From UHGV virus genome UHGV-0309045: 16,595 nucleotides of DNA; one strand, written 5' to 3'. The stretch comes from a virus. This document shows positions 7,407-14,353 of this stretch, piece after piece; within the stretch, counting starts at the first letter, position 1; each line of letters opens with the position of its first letter. The notes under the pieces are model-generated. The model was not told the DNA's origin. It saw nothing but the letters and a program-made list of their open reading frames with translations, and made no database searches. The translations under genes were made by a program, and so were the position numbers.

Positions 7407-8188
7407 ACAACGTTTTTACCGCGATACAAAACCGTGACGGAGAAGCCCTTTCTCGCATGTCAGGTTATGAGCATCAGTACGTCAACAATGACAATGTGGT
7501 GAACATGTCAGCAGAGAGGCTTGTTGATGCCCTTTTCAAACAGCTGAAACAACTGTTTCCGGCGGCAGTAGTAACCAACCTGAAGACTCCAGAGCAGGAA
7601 GTTGCTGCAAAACAGCAGTGGATTGCTGCGTTTGCCGAAGGGGGGATCCGAACCCGTGAACAGGTTTCTGCTGGTATGCGCCACGCCCGCGCCAGTGAAT
7701 CTCCGTTCTGGCCGTCGCCAGGGCAATTCATCAAGTGGTGTAAAGACAGCAAGATGGTTCTTGGCGTCACCATTGACGATGTGATGGCGGAGTTTCACCG
7801 GTACAGCAAGGAAAAAAGTTTATATCCTGGTGGTCCCGAAAGATTCCCGTGGCGACATCCGGTTATGTACTGGGTCGTATGTGATACCCGCCGTGCAATG
7901 TATCAGCGCCAGCTTAGCGAGATTGAGGTTGAGAAACACGCGCGCAGGCTGCTCGATGATTGGGCGAAAAAGGTAGCTTCCGGACAGCAGATACCCGATC
8001 CGGTGATCAGCATACAGGCAAAGCCAGAACCCATGAGTACGCCTCCGGACACAGGGAGAGACGTTTACCATCCACCAGGGCGAAGTTTCGGGTGTATGCC
8101 TAACGCCGCCACATTGGGGGGAATAACACCGGCACAGTGGCTGATGGAGGAATACAGGCGGGGAAAGGCGGCAGGATTTATCAAGTAA
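7403..8188 (+). CDS. Lambda P-like replication protein (helicase loader)
   Basis: PFWPSPGQFIKWCK and surrounding blocks match lambda P as recalled (PFLPSPGQFVAWCR). GTG 7403 overlaps the initiator stop TGA 7404-7406 and has GGAGG 7 nt upstream; the ORF track starts 15 nt earlier at another GTG. Confidence 0.85.
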   Translation: MNNVFTAIQNRDGEALSRMSGYEHQYVNNDNVVNMSAERLVDALFKQLKQLFPAAVVTNLKTPEQEVAAKQQWIAAFAEGGIRTREQVSAGMRHARASESPFWPSPGQFIKWCKDSKMVLGVTIDDVMAEFHRYSKEKSLYPGGPERFPWRHPVMYWVVCDTRRAMYQRQLSEIEVEKHARRLLDDWAKKVASGQQIPDPVISIQAKPEPMSTPPDTGRDVYHPPGRSFGCMPNAATLGGITPAQWLMEEYRRGKAAGFIK

Positions 8189-8193
8189 TACCA

Positions 8194-8213
8194 GCGCGAT
8201 AGCGCATTTTTTT
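8194..8213 (+). terminator. Weak terminator-like element after the P-like gene
   Basis: 4-bp GC stem GCGC-GATA-GCGC followed by ATTTTTTT. The stem is short, so confidence is low. Confidence 0.3.
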
Positions 8214-8225
8214 ACGCCTTGATAG

Positions 8226-8302
8226 TTACCTTCTGGGTAACAAAGTATTCTAAACTCTATTGATTTCGTGTCTTATGTGGTTTTTAATTACCTCAGGGGT
8301 AA
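8226..8302 (+). promoter_or_regulatory. Operator-promoter-operator module driving the accessory operon
   Basis: Operators TTACCTTCTGGGTAA (8226-8240) and TTACCTCAGGGGTAA (8288-8302), both perfect palindrome matches. Between them -35 TTGATT 8260-8265, 17-bp spacer, -10 TTTAAT 8283-8288. The downstream operator overlaps the RBS of the 8306 gene. Confidence 0.6.
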
Positions 8303-8305
8303 ATT

Positions 8306-8650
8306 ATGAGAAAACAGATACAGGCTCTTGGTCGACTCAAAACAGGCCAGATGAACAAAACAGAATCTGCGTATTGCCAGCACCTTGAGTTGCGTAAACG
8401 TGCAGGAGAAATCGTCTGGTATCGATTTGAGGGTATCAAGCTGCGGTTAGCTGACAACACGTTCTATACGCCAGATTTTGCTGTGATGCTCGCCACCGGC
8501 GAGATGGAACTGCACGAAGTGAAAGGTTTCTGGACCGACGACGCCAGGGTGAAAACCAAAGTCGCCGCAGATCAGTATCCGTTCCGAATCATCGGGGTAA
8601 CGGTTAAACCAAAGAAAGCAGGTGGTGGCTGGAACATCGAAGAGTTCTGA
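8306..8650 (+). CDS. DUF1064-like phage protein (putative PD-(D/E)xK-type nuclease fold)
   Basis: Pattern ...AYCQHLELRKRAGEIVWYRFEGIKLRL...YTPDFAVM...ELHEVKGFWTDDARVKTKVAADQYP fits the DUF1064 spacing as I recall it. RBS AGGGG 6 nt upstream. Confidence 0.55.
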   Translation: MRKQIQALGRLKTGQMNKTESAYCQHLELRKRAGEIVWYRFEGIKLRLADNTFYTPDFAVMLATGEMELHEVKGFWTDDARVKTKVAADQYPFRIIGVTVKPKKAGGGWNIEEF

Positions 8651-8711
8651 ATCGACGATCTTTTTAGTTATCAATGTAATCAATAAGTTATGTGGATAAG
8701 CGAGGGTAAAG

Positions 8712-9245
8712 ATGGAAAGTAATATCAAAGGGTTAGTTGCCGCCGGGCATGAGATGGCTTCGGAACTGAAAGCAGAATGTGGTGCCGTTGATATGCGCAG
8801 TGTGGCAAAGCTGATCAGCGATTTGGCAACGCAACTGGAAGTGCAACTGGTGCGTGCTAATGCGATGGCCGAAGACCAGCAGAAAGCGATTGAGTCAATT
8901 AAGCAGGCTGATTCGGCTGTTAAGTTGGCACACGAGAAGTTTTCGGCGCTGGCGGCGGAGAATGCGGCAATGCATGAAGCTATTGAAGCCGTTCGGAGTG
9001 TTGCGGATAACTCCAGTGGAATTGCCGGATGGCATTTGAATGGCGATATCGCTACATGGGAAGAGATTCTTCCTGAAATTAACGATATCGAAACCCCAGC
9101 CACCGATGCTTTCCTGGCTGAAGTACGGGCGCAGGGGGTAGAGATGTTCTCAGAAAAATTCGGAGGTGGCACTCCGCTATCCAATATGGTCAAAGAGGTT
9201 GCGGCTGATTTTGCGGCGAAGCTTCGCAAAGGAGGCAACCAGTGA
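8712..9245 (+). CDS. Hypothetical helical protein (177 aa)
   Basis: GAGGG RBS 5 nt upstream of ATG 8712; stop overlaps the next start (GTGA). No recognisable motif. Confidence 0.7.
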   Translation: MESNIKGLVAAGHEMASELKAECGAVDMRSVAKLISDLATQLEVQLVRANAMAEDQQKAIESIKQADSAVKLAHEKFSALAAENAAMHEAIEAVRSVADNSSGIAGWHLNGDIATWEEILPEINDIETPATDAFLAEVRAQGVEMFSEKFGGGTPLSNMVKEVAADFAAKLRKGGNQ

Positions 9246-9865
9246 GCAAGATTGACTATCAGGCACTGCGTGAAGCGGCAGAACGCGCAATTCCGGCAAT
9301 GGAACGCCTGTTAACGTTGCCAGCCGATGATGACTTGTTAAGCGAAAAGGAGCTTAAAGATAGCGATGTTGATATTGATGCGATTAACAACTTCAAACTG
9401 CTGACCGGCCCGGAAACGGTGCTGGCACTGCTGGATGAACGGGAAAGAAACCAGCAATACATAAAACGCCGTGACCAGGAGAACGAGGATATTGCGCTTA
9501 CGGTTGGGAAGCTGCGAGTTGAGCTGGAAGCCGCAGAGAAGCGCAACGCTGAATTACAAAGCGAGAATGCATACATCCGCAACCGGTTCAAAGAACTGGA
9601 CCTGTTAATCGGGAAAAACATTCTGGTCATGCAGGCTGCGATTATCGAATGGCAGGCAACTGGCGACGCTAAGAGCGGACTGGCATGGATTTATAACACA
9701 CTGTTTGGCCCTGGCGAATTGCCGGACGAATCTGAGAAAGATGCTCAGGCCTACTTTAATCGCAAATATGCACCGATTGACGAAAAGCTTATGGAGCTTC
9801 ACAAGTGGTTTTGGGAACAAAGTGAATCCGAGCGCGCCGCTGGCATTCGCATCAAAGGAGAGTGA
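9242..9865 (+). CDS. Hypothetical coiled-coil protein (207 aa), possibly ead/Ea22-like
   Basis: GTG 9242 with GGAGG RBS 6 nt upstream. N-terminus MSKIDYQALREAAERA and a central coiled-coil segment. Family name is a tentative recollection. Confidence 0.6.
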   Translation: MSKIDYQALREAAERAIPAMERLLTLPADDDLLSEKELKDSDVDIDAINNFKLLTGPETVLALLDERERNQQYIKRRDQENEDIALTVGKLRVELEAAEKRNAELQSENAYIRNRFKELDLLIGKNILVMQAAIIEWQATGDAKSGLAWIYNTLFGPGELPDESEKDAQAYFNRKYAPIDEKLMELHKWFWEQSESERAAGIRIKGE

Positions 9866-9866
9866 T

Positions 9867-10154
9867 ATGGCAACTTTGCAGGAATTAATCGACCTGACGC
9901 CAGAACAGGAAAAAGCGTGGAATCGCCTTGTGAAGGCTGTAAAGGATTTCAGGGCAGCCGGAGGAAAGTTTTATAGCGTCCTGGACACGCTGAGCGCATA
10001 CAACGGCGAGCACGTTGCCAGCATTGATAACGATAAGGGCTACCACACTGCAAGCGTCTATATGCCTAGCATTGATGCGCCAGGGCTAACCAGTTGGGCT
10101 GATGATTGGCACGGCATCACGCTGAAAGATGGCGTTGAAGTGGATGAGGACTAA
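9867..10154 (+). CDS. Hypothetical protein (95 aa)
   Basis: ATG 9867 one nucleotide after the previous stop, with AAAGGAGAG RBS. The ORF track extends further upstream in frame, but that part overlaps the preceding gene. Confidence 0.65.
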   Translation: MATLQELIDLTPEQEKAWNRLVKAVKDFRAAGGKFYSVLDTLSAYNGEHVASIDNDKGYHTASVYMPSIDAPGLTSWADDWHGITLKDGVEVDED

Positions 10155-10157
10155 CAC

Positions 10158-10517
10158 ATGACCACTATTACCAATAAGAAACAGTATCCCAGCGAGCAAT
10201 ATCTTAATGAGCTGATCACCAACATAGAGTTTGCTGCAAGGGCACCAGTTGAAGTCGTGAGAGCGATGGCAGCAGAGCTACAGAAGCGGCGCGAAGCTGA
10301 TAGTGCAGAACCTGTAAGCCAGGCTTACAAGTTGAACGCGCTGGATGGCAACTCTCCGGTAACTCCGGATGGTTGGGTTATGGTTCCTAAACAGGTAACG
10401 CCGGAAATCAGCAACGCGATAAACGTTGTGGGTCAACGCTGTACATGCGGAAATTGCTCTCAGCGGTTGTGGGATTTATTACTCGACGCCACACAGCAAG
10501 GAGTTAACCGTGGCTAA
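10158..10517 (+). CDS. Hypothetical protein (119 aa)
   Basis: ATG 10158, 3 nt after the previous stop. C-terminal CTCGNC motif. Confidence 0.65.
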   Translation: MTTITNKKQYPSEQYLNELITNIEFAARAPVEVVRAMAAELQKRREADSAEPVSQAYKLNALDGNSPVTPDGWVMVPKQVTPEISNAINVVGQRCTCGNCSQRLWDLLLDATQQGVNRG

Positions 10518-10791
10518 CCTGCAACTTGCCGTTAAAGGTGAATACTTCGATGCCATGATTCGCGGAGAGAAAACGGAAGAGTATCGCCTGTGTAATGACT
10601 ACTGGAATAAGCGAATTATGTTCCGGGAGTATGACCGCCTGATTATCACAAAGGGATATCCGAAGCGCGACGACTCCAGCCGCAGAATTAACGTCCAGTA
10701 TGACGGATATGAAATCAAGACAATCACACATCCCCACTTCGGTGATAAACCGGTAAAGGTGTTCGCGATAAAGGTAAATATTGATGGCTAA
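10510..10791 (+). CDS. ASCH/DUF3850-like small protein (94 aa)
   Basis: GTG 10510 with AAGGAG 6 nt upstream, overlapping the previous gene by 8 nt. LQLAVKGEYFDAMIRGEKTEEYR resembles the ASCH-like DUF3850 N-terminus as recalled. Confidence 0.5.
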   Translation: MANLQLAVKGEYFDAMIRGEKTEEYRLCNDYWNKRIMFREYDRLIITKGYPKRDDSSRRINVQYDGYEIKTITHPHFGDKPVKVFAIKVNIDG

Positions 10792-11122
10792 ATCAGCAGC
10801 AGAGCGCAAAGCCGCTCAGAGAGCCAGACAAGCTGCATCTGGTGTGTGTAAGCTGGAAATTGTGCTTGATGCTCAGGAAATTGAAATGCTGGCGCGGAAC
10901 TGCGCCGCCCGGCGCCCTAGTCGCGATCCCTATGAAATGGCCGAGTACATCGCGCTGCTGATCCGCCAGGATGATGCACGTGTGCGCGGGCGTATAAAAT
11001 CGATCAGCAGAAAACTTTGCGGTAAGTGCGGCGAGAGAGTTCCCGTTAATTCATGCCCGTGTAATGGTGACTCGCAATGCTGGGTGACTAAAGGCTGGCA
11101 TGAAACGAAATTAATAGTGTGA
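10784..11122 (+). CDS. Basic Cys-rich zinc-ribbon protein (113 aa); candidate regulator, last gene before the terminase operon
   Basis: ATG 10784 overlaps the previous stop. Basic N-terminus MAKSAAERKAAQRARQAA and C-terminal CGKCGERVPVNSCPCNGDSQC cluster. Stop TGA 11120-11122 lies inside the 12-bp palindrome. Confidence 0.6.
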   Translation: MAKSAAERKAAQRARQAASGVCKLEIVLDAQEIEMLARNCAARRPSRDPYEMAEYIALLIRQDDARVRGRIKSISRKLCGKCGERVPVNSCPCNGDSQCWVTKGWHETKLIV

Positions 11123-11130
11123 CATGTCAC
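11119..11130. repeat. Perfect 12-bp palindrome GTGACATGTCAC (14-bp TGTGACATGTCACG shared with 13383-13396)
   Basis: Read directly from the sequence. Overlaps the stop of the 10784 gene and precedes the terminator at 11172. Confidence 0.85.
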
Positions 11131-11171
11131 GAGTAGATTATGCATGATGAATTTGATGGGTTTTGAATACT

Positions 11172-11198
11172 GCCGCCAACTATGGCGGCTTTATTTTG
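11172..11198 (+). terminator. Rho-independent terminator ending the accessory operon
   Basis: Hairpin GCCGCC-AACTAT-GGCGGC followed by TTTATTTTG. Confidence 0.75.
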
Positions 11199-11201
11199 CA
11201 T

Positions 11202-11233
11202 GGTACTATTACCACAACGGTAACTATTACCAC
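11202..11233 (+). repeat. Tandem direct repeat GGTA(A)CTATTACCAC x2 with 18-bp period, just upstream of the terminase small subunit
   Basis: ACTATTACCAC at 11205-11215 and 11223-11233. Each unit carries the operator half-sites in everted order (GGTAA-N3-TTACC). No sigma70 consensus promoter is evident, so this may be an activator-dependent late promoter. Confidence 0.5.
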
Positions 11234-11240
11234 GGTGGTT

Positions 11241-11837
11241 ATGATGCCTGCTGAACCTAAAACCTATAAACGCAAATCAACGCAATTTAAGCCACTAACA
11301 GCAATGCAGGAGGCTTATTGCCAGTCATACATCAAAACGCCTGAAAACCAGACTCAGGCAGCGATTAACGCAGGATTCTCCCCAAATACAGCGGCAGTTA
11401 AAGCCAGTGTCATGATGCGCGATGAACGCATTCAAAAACGGATTGCCGAGCTGATGGAGGAGCGCAACAAACGAATGCGCGTCAGTGCTGATTACGTTCT
11501 CATGCGCCTGGTGGAGATCGACCAGATGGACGTGATCGACATCCTCAACGACGATGGGAGCCTTAAGCCAATCCGCGAGTGGCCGAAAATCTGGCGCACT
11601 ACGCTTAGCGGCTTTGATCTGTCATCGACCATCATGAACATGAACGAGGATTCGATAGAGACAATCCTCAAAAAAATTAAATGGCCTGACAAGGTGAAGA
11701 ACCTCGAGCTTATCGGTAAGCACGTCGACGTCAACGCGTTCAAAGAGCGCCTGGATGTTAATGTGAATGTGACAATTGCTGATCGCATAGCGGCAGCCAG
11801 GAAGCGACTCAAAGAACGTCAGGATGGTAATCAGTGA
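11241..11837 (+). CDS. Terminase small subunit (Terminase_2-like)
   Basis: LTAMQEAYCQSYIKTPENQTQAAINAGFSPNTAAVKASVMM matches the small-terminase HTH signature. Start placed at ATG 11241 because the ORF-track start at 11163 spans the upstream terminator. Confidence 0.8.
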   Translation: MMPAEPKTYKRKSTQFKPLTAMQEAYCQSYIKTPENQTQAAINAGFSPNTAAVKASVMMRDERIQKRIAELMEERNKRMRVSADYVLMRLVEIDQMDVIDILNDDGSLKPIREWPKIWRTTLSGFDLSSTIMNMNEDSIETILKKIKWPDKVKNLELIGKHVDVNAFKERLDVNVNVTIADRIAAARKRLKERQDGNQ

Positions 11838-13309
11838 CAGATGCAGTGTTATCTCCTGAAGAGCAGTTAATCGAAGATATTGCAGGGTTCACTCACGATC
11901 CGCTTGGCTATGCCCTCTATGCGTTCCCGTGGGGGGAAGAGGGGACTGAACTGGCACATGCCACCGGCCCACGTCAGTGGCAGGCTGATGCGTTCCGAGA
12001 GATACGTGATCACCTGCAGAATCCAGAGACGCGCTATCAGCCGCTTATGCTGGCACGCGCTTCTGGTCACGGTATTGGTAAATCCGCATTCATCTCAATG
12101 CTGATCAACTGGGGCATGTCCACTTGCGAGGATTGTAAGGTCGTGGTGACCGCCAACACCGACAACCAGCTACGAACGAAGACTTGGCCGGAAATTATCA
12201 AGTGGTCGAACCTTGCTATCACGAAAGACTGGTTTACCTGTACCGCTACCGCGATGTACAGCAATGACCCTGGGCACGACAAGCGGTGGCGAGCTGACGC
12301 AATCCCCTGGTCTGAGCACAACACTGAGGCATTCGCCGGATTACACAATGAGCGCAAACGCATCATCGTGGTATTCGATGAAGCGTCGAACATTGCGGAT
12401 CTGGTGTGGGAAGTTGCCGAGGGTGCGCTAACGGACGAAGACACTGAGATTATCTGGGTGGCGTTCGGAAACCCGACGCGTAATACCGGACGTTTCCGTG
12501 AATGTTTCCGCAAGTATAAACACCGCTGGAAAACTGCGCAGATTGACAGTCGGACGGTGGAAGGTACCAACAAACAGCAGTTGCAGAAATGGGTTGATGA
12601 CTACGGGGAAGACAGCGACTTCGTTAAAATCCGTGTGCGTGGCATATTCCCTGATGCATCTGAATTGCAGTTTATCCCTACCGGTCTTACTGACGAGGCA
12701 ATAAAACGGGTGGTAACCGCTGCGCAGGTTGCACATGCTCCGGTGATAATCGGCGTTGACCCGGCATACTCCGGCGTTGATGACGCTGTGATATACCTGC
12801 GGCAGGGGCTACACAGTAAGGTGCTGTGGACTGGAAACAAGACTACCGACGATCTGATTATGGCGAAGCGTATCGCTGACTTTGAAGACCAGTATCAGGC
12901 TGACGCGGTGTTCATCGACTTTGGTTACGGAACCGGTTTGAAGTCAATCGGTGACGGCTGGGGTCGTACATGGCAACTTGTTCCGTTCGGTGGCGCGTCT
13001 ACTGACCCGCAGATGCTCAACAAGCGTGGGGAGATGTTCAACTCATGCAAGACATGGCTGAGGCTTGGCGGCATGCTGGATGACCATGAAACAGCGGACG
13101 ACCTGTCGGCGGCAGAGTACAAAGTTCGAGTGGACGGTAAAATCGTTATCGAACCGAAGGAAGATATCAAAGAGCGGCTTGGGCGTTCTCCTGGTAAAGG
13201 CGATGCGCTACTGCTGACGTTTGCGTTCCCTGTGTCGAAGCGTCTGCGAATTCCCGGTCAGCAGAACCAGCAAGGCAAGGCCATCACAGATTACGATCCC
13301 TATGCTTAA
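11834..13309 (+). CDS. Terminase large subunit (ATPase plus nuclease)
   Basis: Walker A ARASGHGIGKS, Walker B-like IIVVFDEAS, nuclease-domain block VIIGVDPAYSGVDDAVI. GTG 11834 overlaps the small-subunit stop (GTGA). Confidence 0.9.
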   Translation: MTDAVLSPEEQLIEDIAGFTHDPLGYALYAFPWGEEGTELAHATGPRQWQADAFREIRDHLQNPETRYQPLMLARASGHGIGKSAFISMLINWGMSTCEDCKVVVTANTDNQLRTKTWPEIIKWSNLAITKDWFTCTATAMYSNDPGHDKRWRADAIPWSEHNTEAFAGLHNERKRIIVVFDEASNIADLVWEVAEGALTDEDTEIIWVAFGNPTRNTGRFRECFRKYKHRWKTAQIDSRTVEGTNKQQLQKWVDDYGEDSDFVKIRVRGIFPDASELQFIPTGLTDEAIKRVVTAAQVAHAPVIIGVDPAYSGVDDAVIYLRQGLHSKVLWTGNKTTDDLIMAKRIADFEDQYQADAVFIDFGYGTGLKSIGDGWGRTWQLVPFGGASTDPQMLNKRGEMFNSCKTWLRLGGMLDDHETADDLSAAEYKVRVDGKIVIEPKEDIKERLGRSPGKGDALLLTFAFPVSKRLRIPGQQNQQGKAITDYDPYA

Positions 13310-13350
13310 TCCGCTGGTGGGGATAATGTCGTTGATATCCTCTGGTGAGG

Positions 13351-13379
13351 ATAAAACAAAGCCAGCTCATCGGCTGGCT
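13351..13379 (-). terminator. Terminator hairpin between the convergent terminase large subunit and 118-aa genes (mainly minus-strand)
   Basis: Stem AGCCAGC-TCATCG-GCTGGCT (13360-13379). Minus strand has TTGTTTTAT after the stem; plus strand has only GTTTG. Confidence 0.5.
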
Positions 13380-13383
13380 GTTT

Positions 13384-13395
13384 GTGACATGTCAC
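13384..13395. repeat. Second copy of the palindrome GTGACATGTCAC
   Basis: Identical 14-mer TGTGACATGTCACG at 13383-13396, lying between the stop of the 118-aa gene at 13400 and the terminator hairpin. Confidence 0.85.
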
Positions 13396-13399
13396 GGTG

Positions 13400-13756
13400 T
13401 TATTGCTCGCTTAACTTCTGCTTCAGCAAGTAACCTTCGAGCATCCAGATTTTGTTTACAGCATTCTGCCGGGCAATCTTCCGACCAATTTCTGCATCAA
13501 AATTTTCCGGACTTGCACAGGCACTCTCTCCGGTGACGGTGAAGCCATTCTTCAGTACCAATACGCAGAAAGTCAGGAGGTCTGTAGATTTATGCGCTGT
13601 CCATGAATCGCCAACGCCCATATTGGCAGCACGAATGCCGTCATAAGCAGTAAAGAAATGCTCTTCAAGAATGATGCTTTCGATATATTGAGGCGTAACT
13701 CGCGGAGCGGTTTTGCCTTTCTCAACGATTTCTTTTTCGATTTGCTGGTCGTTCAT
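13400..13756 (-). CDS. Hypothetical protein (118 aa), reverse-oriented cargo gene inside the late region
   Basis: ATG 13756-13754 with AAGGTGAG RBS. Opposite strand to the flanking terminase and portal genes. No family recognised. Confidence 0.7.
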   Translation of the reverse strand: MNDQQIEKEIVEKGKTAPRVTPQYIESIILEEHFFTAYDGIRAANMGVGDSWTAHKSTDLLTFCVLVLKNGFTVTGESACASPENFDAEIGRKIARQNAVNKIWMLEGYLLKQKLSEQ

Positions 13757-13767
13757 AATCTCACCTT

Positions 13768-13791
13768 AAAAAAATGCCCGGCGAACCGGGC
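13768..13791 (-). terminator. Rho-independent terminator immediately upstream of the 118-aa gene RBS
   Basis: On the minus strand: GCCCGG-TTCG-CCGGGC followed by ATTTTTTT (plus coordinates 13776-13791 stem, 13768-13774 A-tract). Confidence 0.65.
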
Positions 13792-13869
13792 GAACTGGAA
13801 GCAATGAGTTATGCCTTCCGTGGCTGTACGGGTTTACAGCATGAAGTCATCGCAATGGCGTCCTGCTGT

Positions 13870-13911
13870 AAAAAGGGCGGTGATAGTCCTTCAAGGGAAA
13901 CCATCACCGCC
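13870..13911 (-). terminator. Rho-independent terminator downstream of the tRNA
   Basis: 9-bp stem GGCGGTGAT/ATCACCGCC (13876-13884 and 13903-13911) with an 18-nt loop, followed on the minus strand by CTTTTTAC. Confidence 0.6.
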
Positions 13912-13954
13912 AAGCCCCTGGAACTTCTGGCATCACGGTCCTTAGGCGTGATTC

Positions 13955-14031
13955 TGGTGTGGCATGCAGGATTCTAACCTGCGACCAACCGCTTAGAAGG
14001 CGGTTGCTCTGTCCAACTGAGCTAATGCCAC
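13955..14031 (-). tRNA. tRNA-Arg (anticodon UCU), argU-like, with encoded CCA
   Basis: Minus-strand sequence GTGGCATTAGCTCAGTTGGACAGAGCAACCGCCTTCTAAGCGGTTGGTCGCAGGTTAGAATCCTGCATGCCACACCA folds by hand into a cloverleaf: 7-bp acceptor stem, 4-bp D stem, 5-bp anticodon stem with loop CTTCTAA, 5-bp T stem, discriminator A, CCA. Close to E. coli argU as recalled. T-loop reads TTAGAAT rather than TTCGAAT. Confidence 0.9.
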
Positions 14032-14353
14032 AACGCTGAGAGCACTTAGCCTGTTAAGGCGCCACACTTTGTCGCGGCTCCATAAATGCTCTCATCGTTG
14101 TACCCTCGTCTCTTCCGAGGCGTCACACCGAATCGCCGGGATGGTGAATCCCCGTGCGCGGAATAAAACCGCTCGACTTGCACATTCCGGCTACCTGGTT
14201 CGTTTGCCCGAGCAAGGTAGGGTGCCCCTTAAACGTATCCAGACCGCTATCGTCGCATGTGCCATACGCCGTACTGCTCAAAATAAAAGCTCACTCCACC
14301 TGTTCAATTTAACGACAAGCCAGTCAGGTTAGTAACCGGAATGAACTTTTTTG

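Noticed and set aside
8447-9238. 263-aa minus-strand ORF
   Set aside because: Entirely antisense to two well-supported plus-strand genes (8306-8650, 8712-9245). Ala/Ser-rich product, no RBS; a typical shadow ORF.
11118-11131. TGTGACATGTCACG as a CRP site
   Set aside because: CRP sites are TGTGA-N6-TCACA; here the half-sites are separated by 4 bp (CATG), so the spacing is wrong.
11163-11240. N-terminal extension of the terminase small subunit ORF
   Set aside because: The extension runs through a strong terminator hairpin and the tandem repeats; ATG 11241 gives a conventional small-terminase N-terminus.
12067-12573. 168-aa minus-strand ORF inside the terminase large subunit gene (also 12428-12736 and 12601-12840)
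   Set aside because: Antisense to a gene with clear Walker A/B and nuclease motifs; no independent support.
13774-13977. 67-aa plus-strand ORF
   Set aside because: Overlaps two minus-strand terminator hairpins and the 3' end of the tRNA; no RBS.
14069-14332. 87-aa plus-strand ORF in the large intergenic region
   Set aside because: TTG start with no RBS and an Arg/Ser/His-rich product. More likely non-coding leader or a decayed remnant; kept only as context for the duplicated-junction finding.
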